This document shows positions 29,687 through 38,207 of a stretch of DNA of 64,000 nt, piece by piece. Position numbers and translations under genes: made by a program. Each line of letters starts with the position of its first letter. Positions within the stretch are counted from its first letter, which is position 1. Source of the DNA: Candidatus Eiseniibacteriota bacterium (GTDB lineage Bacteria > Eisenbacteria > RBG-16-71-46 > JABDJR01); the NCBI GenBank assembly GCA_963783375.1, contig CAWANH010000003.1:259418-323417 (forward strand). Reading direction: 5' to 3'. The notes under the pieces were generated by a model. The model made no database searches and was not told where the DNA came from. It saw nothing but the letters and a program-made list of their open reading frames with translations.

Positions 29687-32004
29687 TACTGCTCCAGGAG
29701 CCTCAGACCGAACAGGATCCGGTTGTGCTGGAAGAGGTCCACCCCCTGGTGCTCGGCGAACCCCACCACCGGGCCGAGCCGGGTGCTCACCCCGTAGGCG
29801 ATGTTGAGGACCAGGTCGGTGTCGGTGCCGCCGTTGGAAACGGCGAAGATCCCGGTCCCGGCGCTCAGATACGGCGTCCACGGGTTCTTCTCACCGAGGG
29901 TGGCGATGTCCCAGTGGAGGTTCGCGGTCAGGAGATAGGTGGTGACGTCGCTCCCGAAACCCAGGGCGAACTCCGGCTCGAACTGGATCCGGGAGTTCCG
30001 GGTGATCCCGCCGAGGTTCACCCGTCCCCCGAAGACGGCCTGGCCGGGATCGTCCACGTTCCAGCCCAGGTAGGGGCGGAACCCGCGAAAGCGCCAGCGG
30101 TATTGGTCCGCGGAATCCGTCCCGATCACCGTGGTCCCGGTCTCGCGATCCTCTCCGATCACCACCGGCGCAGGGCCGGTTCCGGTCGCGGGCTGCGACC
30201 CCAGAGCCTCGCGGAGACGTTCCTGGAAGCGCCGGTCGAGCCGCTTCTCCATGGCCATGAGGCGCTCGTTCTGGAGCGAGTCGCTCCCCGCCTCGACGCC
30301 TGCCGCGGCCAGTTCCTGCCGGACGGCGGCACGGATGGCCTCACGGTCGATCGCGCCGGCGGTCGGGGACGCCTTCGCTCCCCCGCCCGAGGCGCCGGCC
30401 GCGCCCGAACCGCTCACGTTCTGCGATTCGATCGACACCCCGCCCGGGGCGCCGTATCGGATGTAGATCTCCCCCTCGGTAGGGACGGGGATGGTCACCG
30501 TGCGCTCGCCGGCGTAGCCCTTGGTCGTCGCCGCAGCGGCCGCGGCGGGTTTCGCCGTTCCGGCCTCCGGGGTCCGGCCGGGGGCCGGGGTCGCCGGAGC
30601 GGTGACGGTTTTGACGGGCGCCGTCTCGGCCGGGGTTCCGGTGGTCACGGACCCGGCGCCGCCCTTCGGCGCCGCGCCGGCTTCCGCCGAGGCCCCGGCC
30701 GGTTCCTTCACCGTCCTGGCGGTTTCGGTCGGCGCGGGCTCCGCTTTTCCCCCGAAGAGCGGTCGCTGACCCGAAGGGGAGGACCCGCCCACGCTGAACC
30801 GCACCGAGGCCCCGAACGCCCAGTTGGAGAAGAGGTCCTCGGGCTGGGTGGTCTTGTCCAGGTTCACGTCGCTCAGGATGTGGTCGCGGGCGGAAACGTC
30901 GAGCACCAGGCGATCGCTCAGGCTGAAGGCAAGGCCGCCGCCCACGATCAACATGGTCTTGTCGGACCGGACGTCGCCGTTCTGGTCCCGGTAGTCGTTC
31001 ATGAAGTCGAGCTGGCCGACCCCGCCGACCAGGTAGGGAATCGCGCCCTGACCGGCGTTCAGGTTGAACCGTCCCTCGCCTCCCCAGCTCTGGATGGGCT
31101 GGAAGGTATCGAACTTGTTCGATACCCCGCGCCAGTAGTAACCGCGCAGGCCGAAATACCGGCCGAGATCGATCCCGGTCCGCACCCCCACCAGGTCCTG
31201 GCTCTCCAGGGCGAGCTTGTCGTTGAAGTCGAGCTTCTCCACGAAGGGCTCGACCGCGATCGAGAGACCGGAGAGGCCGTGGCGGTAGCGCTCGAGGACC
31301 GCGCGATCGGTCTCGCTCAGCTTGTCGCCGCGGTAGCCGCCCAGGAAGAAGGTGAGCCCGCCCCCGAAGGAGAGGTTGTGGCGGACGTCGTCCCGCTCGG
31401 GGTCGACCGGGTAGGCGGTGACGGGGGCCGGAGCCAGATCGTAGCGGTCGATCCGGAACGCCGAGTCCTCGATGTAGAGGTCGGCCTGGAGCCGGTTGAT
31501 GCCGAAGCGCACGCCTCCCCCGGCCTTCAGGTTGATCTCGCGGGTGACCGAGCCCTGATCGGGCTTCAAGCGGAGGATGCCGCCGCCGCCCTTCAGGTAC
31601 GGCACCAGCTTTCCGGTGCCGAGGTTCAGGATCAGGTCCGCGCCGTAATTCGAAAGATCGATCTGCTGCTCGGCCAGGGCCTGGTTCGACCCGTCGCGAA
31701 GGGAGAGAGCGCCGAGCCGGGTGTCCACGTTGTCTCGCCAGGTGTAGTACCCCTGGAGGGCGACCAGCCGGCCGAAGTTGATTCCCAGGCGGCCGCCGTA
31801 AAGCTCGGTGTCCTTGAGCCCGAGGTCCTTGTCCCATCGGAGGGCGTTGACCGTCGGGGTCAGGGTGTAGCTGATGCCTTCGGGCTGGGCGGCCGCGGGC
31901 CGGGTCCCGCCCACGAGGAGCGAGACGGCGACCGCTGCGCCCAGGGCGAGGAGGACGAGCGAACGGCCCGGCCGGACGGCGATGGAGGGGTGGCCTGAGT
32001 GCAT
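29686..32004 (-). CDS. Multi-barrel outer-membrane protein (three OmpA-type beta-barrel domains)
   Basis: AGGAGG SD; signal peptide; two similar N-terminal barrels (GxRxGxxxGR..GYY..PYL.GG.G), Ala/Pro/Thr linker, third barrel with PYLSAGTG. Confidence 0.8.
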   Translation of the reverse strand: MHSGHPSIAVRPGRSLVLLALGAAVAVSLLVGGTRPAAAQPEGISYTLTPTVNALRWDKDLGLKDTELYGGRLGINFGRLVALQGYYTWRDNVDTRLGALSLRDGSNQALAEQQIDLSNYGADLILNLGTGKLVPYLKGGGGILRLKPDQGSVTREINLKAGGGVRFGINRLQADLYIEDSAFRIDRYDLAPAPVTAYPVDPERDDVRHNLSFGGGLTFFLGGYRGDKLSETDRAVLERYRHGLSGLSIAVEPFVEKLDFNDKLALESQDLVGVRTGIDLGRYFGLRGYYWRGVSNKFDTFQPIQSWGGEGRFNLNAGQGAIPYLVGGVGQLDFMNDYRDQNGDVRSDKTMLIVGGGLAFSLSDRLVLDVSARDHILSDVNLDKTTQPEDLFSNWAFGASVRFSVGGSSPSGQRPLFGGKAEPAPTETARTVKEPAGASAEAGAAPKGGAGSVTTGTPAETAPVKTVTAPATPAPGRTPEAGTAKPAAAAAATTKGYAGERTVTIPVPTEGEIYIRYGAPGGVSIESQNVSGSGAAGASGGGAKASPTAGAIDREAIRAAVRQELAAAGVEAGSDSLQNERLMAMEKRLDRRFQERLREALGSQPATGTGPAPVVIGEDRETGTTVIGTDSADQYRWRFRGFRPYLGWNVDDPGQAVFGGRVNLGGITRNSRIQFEPEFALGFGSDVTTYLLTANLHWDIATLGEKNPWTPYLSAGTGIFAVSNGGTDTDLVLNIAYGVSTRLGPVVGFAEHQGVDLFQHNRILFGLRLLEQ

Positions 32005-32456
32005 GGGAGGTGCCTCCTTTTCAGGGGGTAGAATCCGGGCGCGCATGGTGGCGCTCCGCCGTTGGGTGGAACTCGTCCCGTCCCGGGGCCGAACCGTGGG
32101 CCATGAGCCGACTCCTGGCGACCGGCAGGAGGTTGGCGTGAGCATATTGTTGCCTCCGTGCGAAACAGAGACGCGGGGGCCGACGGCGCCAAGTGATTCA
32201 AAGAAAGATGATCGTTTTCCAGATACACAGGAACCATACCCGGAGGGCGCTTGGCTTGTAAAGGGGGGCTGTTCGGGAAATTCCCACCGGGGGCCGGTAT
32301 TGGCCGGGCGGGATTCACCGAGGTCCGGGAGGCCCATGTCCTCGCGGGTCGCAGAACCGTCGCCCCCAAACGAAGGGCCCCCGGGTCTTCCCTGCGGCCC
32401 CGCGTTTCGGGAGCCGGACGCGTCGCCGCACGGTGTCGGGCGTCGCGGAGGGTTCG

Positions 32457-33278
32457 TCAGTGCACCTGGATCATCCGGAATCTCGGCTTCCCGTACTCCG
32501 CGCCTCCGGTGGTCACGTGCAGGTTGGGGAGCGGGTCGGCCGTGCCCTCGCCGTGGGTGTGCCCGCACAGCACGGTGACCTTCCGGTCGGGATGCCTTCC
32601 CACCTCGGCGAGAAGTAGGTCCCCGATGGCCCGGCAGGTGAACCCGGGGAGCCACTCCTCGGTGGAGAGTCCCACGCGGTACCAGCAGGACTCGCGGAAC
32701 GGCGGGACGTGGGTGAGGACCAGCACCTCGGGATACTCCTCGAGGGCCCGGGCGAGGTGGGGATGCAGGCTCCGCGCGGCCTGGTCTCCCAGATGGTGGA
32801 GCTTCTCCTTGAGCCGCGCCTTGTTCTCGATCACGACGGGGGGGCCGGGCACGCCGTCGGGGTTCCGCAGCTCATCGATCAGAAGGTAGTCGGAGAGCAC
32901 CACCGGCGAGGCGATGAAATCGCCGTGGCGGGCGTCCCCCCAGCCGCCCTCCCCCACCAGAGCGGTACGATCGGTGAGACGGACCAGGCCGGATCCGTGA
33001 AGCCAGCGGAGACGGGACTCGTCGAGTTCCCGCATGCGGCTCTGGACCGCCTTGATGCTCCCCCCGTAGTAGTCGTGGTTACCCAGCACGAAGTGGATCG
33101 GAAGCCCGAGGTTCCGGTCCAGGAAACGCAGCCACTCGACCAGGTCGTCGGCCTCGGCGATGTCCCCCCCCACGAGCAACGTCTCGGCGCCCGACCGGAC
33201 GATATCCTCGCAGAACCGCTTGGCGCGTTCGCGCTCCACGAAGTTCAAATGGATGTCGGTGGCCCAGGCGAGGTCCAT
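32457..33278 (-). CDS. Calcineurin-like metallophosphoesterase (Icc/CpdA-like)
   Basis: DIH, GGD, GNHD, THVPP, GHTH motifs. Confidence 0.9.
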   Translation of the reverse strand: MDLAWATDIHLNFVERERAKRFCEDIVRSGAETLLVGGDIAEADDLVEWLRFLDRNLGLPIHFVLGNHDYYGGSIKAVQSRMRELDESRLRWLHGSGLVRLTDRTALVGEGGWGDARHGDFIASPVVLSDYLLIDELRNPDGVPGPPVVIENKARLKEKLHHLGDQAARSLHPHLARALEEYPEVLVLTHVPPFRESCWYRVGLSTEEWLPGFTCRAIGDLLLAEVGRHPDRKVTVLCGHTHGEGTADPLPNLHVTTGGAEYGKPRFRMIQVH

Positions 33279-33611
33279 GAACGAGGCTCCCGGGTTGGGG
33301 CGTGCGATCGACCGCGGGAGACTCTACCGCATTCGCGATGAATTCACCGTGGCCCGTACCGGCTTGCACCCGCGTCCTCGGCAAGGGCATGGAAAGGCCC
33401 CCGACGGCGCGCGGCCACCGGGGGCGTGTCGTTCAGGCCCGCCCGGTCCTCCCGACCGGCGGGCGGAGACTCAGTTCAGGACCACCACCCGAATGCCCCG
33501 GCGGCCAGCCGGGAATCGAACCCGGCAAGCCCCCGGGGGAAAGAACCCCCCGGCCCTGCCGGAAGCGGCCCCGTCCCCCCGGAGGGGCCGTCGTGCCGCT
33601 TCCGGGGCCGG

Positions 33612-34610
33612 TCAGAAACTGTAGGTCATGCTGAGCGCCCCGGTGAGGGAGGAGGATTTGACCTTGCCGTCGTGATCGACGAAGACGTCGGCGTCGGACA
33701 TGTCCAGCCGGAGCTCGGTGAACCAGAGCATCCCGGGGCCCAGGGTCACCATCGAGGCCACCGTGGCCGAGCTTCGCCGCTCCGAGCGGCCGCTTTGAAA
33801 CAGGAGATCGTTGTTGTCGTTCACCAGGTCGTACCGACCGGTCAGCCCCAACGACTCGAGGAGGCTCCAGTGGGCCATCACCATGAACCCGGCCCACGAC
33901 GCGTCGCTCCCGGCCCGCTCGGCCCGGCAGCCGTTCAGCTCGGCTCCGAGCAGGAGCCGCGTGGTCGGGGTGAACGCGAGATCCACGTCCAGCACCGATT
34001 CCCGAAGCCGCTGGCCCGGATCGCGGGTTCCGGTGATCGCCGAAACGCCGCCCGAAAGATTCTCCGTGCCCGCCCAGGCCAGCCGTCCGCCGAAGGTGGG
34101 CGAGCGGTTGTTGTCGCTGTTCACGTCCCATCCGTCGGCGGCATAGGCCGTCGCTTCCAGGCCGTGGCCGAGCCCGAGCGCCGCCATGGCCCCGGTCAGG
34201 TTCGAGGGCGCGCAGTAGTCGAAGAGCAGGCTGTGGGAAATCTGGAGCATGTCGGGCGGATCGAGCGATTCGAAGCCCATGGGGGCGTTGAAGCGCCCCC
34301 CGGTCAGGGACAGATTCCCCAGCTTCTCCGGCCGGTAGACCATGAACCCCTGCTCGACCGCGGCCACCCAGTCCTCGCCGTTCCACACCCACTCCAGGTC
34401 CACCCGTACCGAGCCCCGCGGACCCAGCTCGCGAATGGCGTCGATCTCGGCCTGGTCCAGCACGAACTCCGCCGCCCTCCGGTCGAAGTCGGCGCGATAG
34501 CTCCCGCTGGCGAACCCGCCGACCTGAAGCGCTTCGCCGGCGCCGGCGCGTCCGGCGGCGATCGCCGTCATCCCCACCAGAAGCCCGGTAAGCCATAGCC
34601 CTCGTCTCAT
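33612..34610 (-). CDS. Outer-membrane porin (putative beta-barrel porin 2 / DUF1597-like)
   Basis: Signal peptide; GRFNAPMGFES, GWD..DNN..TFGGR; C-terminal YSF. Confidence 0.78.
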   Translation of the reverse strand: MRRGLWLTGLLVGMTAIAAGRAGAGEALQVGGFASGSYRADFDRRAAEFVLDQAEIDAIRELGPRGSVRVDLEWVWNGEDWVAAVEQGFMVYRPEKLGNLSLTGGRFNAPMGFESLDPPDMLQISHSLLFDYCAPSNLTGAMAALGLGHGLEATAYAADGWDVNSDNNRSPTFGGRLAWAGTENLSGGVSAITGTRDPGQRLRESVLDVDLAFTPTTRLLLGAELNGCRAERAGSDASWAGFMVMAHWSLLESLGLTGRYDLVNDNNDLLFQSGRSERRSSATVASMVTLGPGMLWFTELRLDMSDADVFVDHDGKVKSSSLTGALSMTYSF

Positions 34611-34651
34611 CCGCCCCTCCCCTTCCGGCCGCCGCCGGCCGTCGTCGCCGT

Positions 34652-35872
34652 TCAAAGCGATTCCTGGTAGGCCGCCTCCCCGTGGAGGGCGGCGTCCAGT
34701 CCGGACAGCTCGTCGGCCTCGCTGGTCCGGACGGTGGTGATCCGGTTGATGAGGACCAGCATGATCCAGGTGAACCCGAAGGCGTAGATCGACGACGCGA
34801 CAACGGCCACGACCTGCTTCACGAAGAACGCCGAGTTGCCGTAGATGAGCCCGTTCTGCCCCGCGCTGTTGACCGCGGTGCTCCCCAGGATCCCCAGCAT
34901 GATGATGCCGAGGGCTCCACCCACCCCGTGCACCCCCCAGACGTCGAGGGCGTCGTCCCAGTGGAGCCGGTTCTTGAGGTTCACCGCGAAGTAACAGACG
35001 ATCCCGGAGAGGATGCCGATGATCGCCGCGCTCCCCGGTGTCACGTAGCCGGCGCACGGGGTGATGGTGGCCAGACCGGCCACCGCGCCGGTCAGGAGTC
35101 CGAGGAACTTCGGCTTCCGCTCGAAGATCCAGGCCAGGAGCATCCAGGTGGGTCCGGCGAAGGAGGCGGCGAGATCGGTGTTGAAGAAGGCCAGGCCGGT
35201 GACCGCGTCCACCCTGAGTTCGCTCCCGGCGTTGAAGCCGTACCAGCCGAACCACAAGAGGCCGGTTCCCAGCGCCACCAGCGGGATGCTGTGGGGCACG
35301 CTGTCCGCCACCCTTCTTCGGCCCACGTAGAGCACGGAAGCCAACGCCGCCATCCCGGCGATGTTGTGCACCGCGATTCCTCCCGCGAAATCGAGCACCC
35401 CCCAGGTCGCCAGGAGCCCTCCGCCCCAGATCATGTGCACGAAGGGGAAGTAGACCAGGAAGTGCCAGGCGACGAGGAAGACCAGGTAGGCCGGGAAGCG
35501 CACCCGGTTGGCGAAGGCGCCGGTGATGAGGGCCGGAGTGATGATGGCGAACATCATCTGATAGGCGACGAACACCAGGAGCGGGATGTGGCCGTCGGCG
35601 AAGGGGGTGGTGGGGGTCACGCCGCGGAGGAAGGCCATGTCCAGGTTCCCGATGATCCCGCCGGCCCCGCCGCTGAAGCAGAGCGAGTAGCCGCAGATCC
35701 ACCAGAGAATGGTGGTGACCCCCATCGAGACGAAGCTCTGGATCATGATCCCGAGCACGTTCTTCCGCCCCACCAGCCCGCCGTAGAAGAAGGCGAGACC
35801 GGGGGTCATCAGCATGACCAGGCTGGTGGCCACCAGCATGAAGCCGGTGTTGCCGGTATCGAACGACGGCAT
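34652..35872 (-). CDS. amtB: Ammonium transporter
   Basis: LMTPGLAFFYGG, YQMMFAIIT, DFAGGIAVH, WFGWYGFNAGS, DDALDVWGVHG. Confidence 0.96.
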   Translation of the reverse strand: MPSFDTGNTGFMLVATSLVMLMTPGLAFFYGGLVGRKNVLGIMIQSFVSMGVTTILWWICGYSLCFSGGAGGIIGNLDMAFLRGVTPTTPFADGHIPLLVFVAYQMMFAIITPALITGAFANRVRFPAYLVFLVAWHFLVYFPFVHMIWGGGLLATWGVLDFAGGIAVHNIAGMAALASVLYVGRRRVADSVPHSIPLVALGTGLLWFGWYGFNAGSELRVDAVTGLAFFNTDLAASFAGPTWMLLAWIFERKPKFLGLLTGAVAGLATITPCAGYVTPGSAAIIGILSGIVCYFAVNLKNRLHWDDALDVWGVHGVGGALGIIMLGILGSTAVNSAGQNGLIYGNSAFFVKQVVAVVASSIYAFGFTWIMLVLINRITTVRTSEADELSGLDAALHGEAAYQESL

Positions 35873-36016
35873 GGATACCTCCTCGGCGCGATCCGGAGAT
35901 CCTCCGGGGTGGAGGCCGCCCGGGGACGCCACCCCGGGAAGATGACGGCGTGGATGAGGAGGCTCAATCAGGAAAAGCCTGATTCGGAGGTTCGCGATTC
36001 CTGAGAGGGGGGAGTC

Positions 36017-36667
36017 CTACTCCAGCGGGGTGAGCCCTTCGCGAACGGCGTACTTGGTGAGCTCGGCCACCGAATGGAGGTCCAGCTTGTCCATGATCTG
36101 GCGCCGGTGGGTCTCCACCGTCTTCCCGCTGACCGAGAGGCGGTCCGCCATCTCCTTGGTGCTGAGTCCTTCGGCCAGCAACTGAAGCACCTCGCGCTCG
36201 CGAGGGGTCAGGAGCCGGAAGGCGGAGCGCTCGGGAGGGGGCTCCTGGGCGGCGAAGTCCTGGACCACCACGTCGGTGATGGCCGGGCTCAGGAACACGT
36301 GTCCCTGCATGACGGCCTGGATGGCCTGCACCACTTCGGGGAAGGCGCTGTCCTTGAGCAGATATCCGCGGGCGCCGGCCCGGAGGGTCTCCGCCACGAA
36401 TCGCCGGTCGGCGTGCATGGAGACGACGAGGATGCGGGTCCGGGGCGATTCGGCGGCGATCCGGCGGGCGGCCTCGACGCCGTTCAGGCCGGGCATGGAG
36501 ATGTCGAGCAGCACCACGTCGGGCTGAAGATCCCGGCTGAGCCGCACCGCCTCCAGCCCGTCGGCCGCCTCGCCCACCACGTTGAACCCCGGGGATCGCT
36601 GAAGCAGCGAGCGCAACCCGTCCCGGAAGAGCTGGTGGTCGTCGGCCAGGAGGACCCGGGCGGTCAC
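36017..36667 (-). CDS. NarL/LuxR-family response regulator
   Basis: LADDH, LLDISMPGLNG, LTPREREVLQL, KTVETHR. Confidence 0.95.
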   Translation of the reverse strand: MTARVLLADDHQLFRDGLRSLLQRSPGFNVVGEAADGLEAVRLSRDLQPDVVLLDISMPGLNGVEAARRIAAESPRTRILVVSMHADRRFVAETLRAGARGYLLKDSAFPEVVQAIQAVMQGHVFLSPAITDVVVQDFAAQEPPPERSAFRLLTPREREVLQLLAEGLSTKEMADRLSVSGKTVETHRRQIMDKLDLHSVAELTKYAVREGLTPLE

Positions 36668-37896
36668 AACGACGCCCCTCCCGCAAGCTCCAGGGGCACC
36701 CAGAGAAGGATGGTGGCCCCGGCCCCGGGGGACGAGCGCACCTCGAGCCGTCCGTCCATATGGCGCACGCGTTCACGGATGCTGAAGAGTCCGAAGGTCC
36801 CGGTCTCCGCGCTCGCCGCCACGACCTCGGCGCAGGCCGGATCGAACCCCGTGCCGTCGTCGGCCACCCGGACCAGGAGTCCTCCCGCCTCGCGTCGAAG
36901 GGAGATCCCGACCCGCTCCGGCCGACCGTGCTTGGCCGCGTTGGTGAGGAGCTCGCGCACCGACTTGAACAGCATCACCCGGGTCGCCTGGTTCAGCTGC
37001 GGGAGGTCTGGGGCGACGGAGACTTCCACCCCGAAGCCGTGCTTGGTCGCGAACTGCTCGCCCAGCCACTCCAGGGCCGGCCCCAGTCCCAGCTCGTAGA
37101 GCATGGGGGGGCTCAGCTCGCCGGTCAGGGTGCGGGTGTAACGAACGGCCTGGTCCACCAGGCCCAGGATCTCCCGCAGGCTCGACTCGAAGCCGCAGAA
37201 GACCGCCTCGCCGGCGAACTCCGCCAACCGGAGCTTCACGAAGGCCAGCGCCTGCCCCAGGTGGTCGTGGAGGTCGGCGGCGATGGCCCGACGCTCCCTC
37301 TCCTCGGCCAGCGCGAGTTCCGCGGCCAGGCGGCGCAGCTGCTCCCGGTGGCGCTCGATCTCCGCCCGGGCGCGGCGGTGCTCGACGATCTCCGCCTGGA
37401 GCGCCGCGTTCATGGCCCGGAGCTCCGCGGTGCGTTGCTGGACCTGCTGCTCGAGCCGGTCGTGGGCCTGGAGCGCCGCCTGGTCCCCGAGCAAGTGCTG
37501 CAGGTACATGCGAAGCATCTCGGCCAGGGAATCGATGAGATCCCGCTCCTCGCGAAGGAACGGACCCTCGTCCGCCGGCGGACGCTCCTCCAGGTAGCAG
37601 ATCTCCAGGCTCCCCCTGGACTCTCCCCCGGCGCCGTCCGCGCGGGCGGTGAAGGGGGCGCGCTGGACCCAGGGCGTGTCGCGAAAGCCGGGGCTCGCGT
37701 ACTCGCCGTCGAGGAGCCGGAGCCGGGCCCCGGCCACCTCGGGATACTGCCAGGCGGCGGGGAGAAAGCCGACGATCTCCTGCATCAGGCCGTCGACCGG
37801 CCGCTGGGTGTCCTGGAGGAGCCGCGCCGTCCGGTGGAGCGCGGTGAGTTCCTTCACGCGCTCGCCGAGATTGTGCCGAATGGAGTCCTGGGTCAT
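36664..37896 (-). CDS. Cytoplasmic HisKA_3 sensor kinase with N-terminal GAF-like domain
   Basis: ERRAIAADLHD H-box, ELLTNAAKH, DDGTGF, FGLFSIRER; no TM segment seen. Confidence 0.92.
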   Translation of the reverse strand: MTQDSIRHNLGERVKELTALHRTARLLQDTQRPVDGLMQEIVGFLPAAWQYPEVAGARLRLLDGEYASPGFRDTPWVQRAPFTARADGAGGESRGSLEICYLEERPPADEGPFLREERDLIDSLAEMLRMYLQHLLGDQAALQAHDRLEQQVQQRTAELRAMNAALQAEIVEHRRARAEIERHREQLRRLAAELALAEERERRAIAADLHDHLGQALAFVKLRLAEFAGEAVFCGFESSLREILGLVDQAVRYTRTLTGELSPPMLYELGLGPALEWLGEQFATKHGFGVEVSVAPDLPQLNQATRVMLFKSVRELLTNAAKHGRPERVGISLRREAGGLLVRVADDGTGFDPACAEVVAASAETGTFGLFSIRERVRHMDGRLEVRSSPGAGATILLWVPLELAGGASL

Positions 37897-38207
37897 GGTC
37901 CGCCCCCGCCGCGGCTTCAGATGCGGGGCCCCGGCGACGGGGATTATCCCCGGCCGCGGAGCCTCCGGCAAGCCGCGATGCGGCGCCGCCCCGCGCCCGC
38001 CCCCCCCCAAGCGGACCGTCTCCGGGACGTGGACACCGTGTATGCCGCCGCGGACAGCCGTCCAGCTACCGGCGGCATTCCGGCGCCGCGGGCGGGTCCT
38101 CCAAGCGCGCGGAGGAATCGCCGGTTGGGCGTTTCATCCCGGTTCTTTTCCGGACTGGCCCGAGTCGTGCCTAAGGGCCCTTCGGACACCCACCGCGAGG
38201 AACCGCC

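Noticed and set aside
32005-32655. N-terminal extension of the 989-aa ORF
   Set aside because: Overlaps the phosphoesterase and an AT-richer intergenic region; SD and signal peptide support a start at 32004
34611-35702. Apparent Amt-porin fusion or 696-aa ORF
   Set aside because: Different frame from amtB; the porin has its own ATG and signal peptide at 34610
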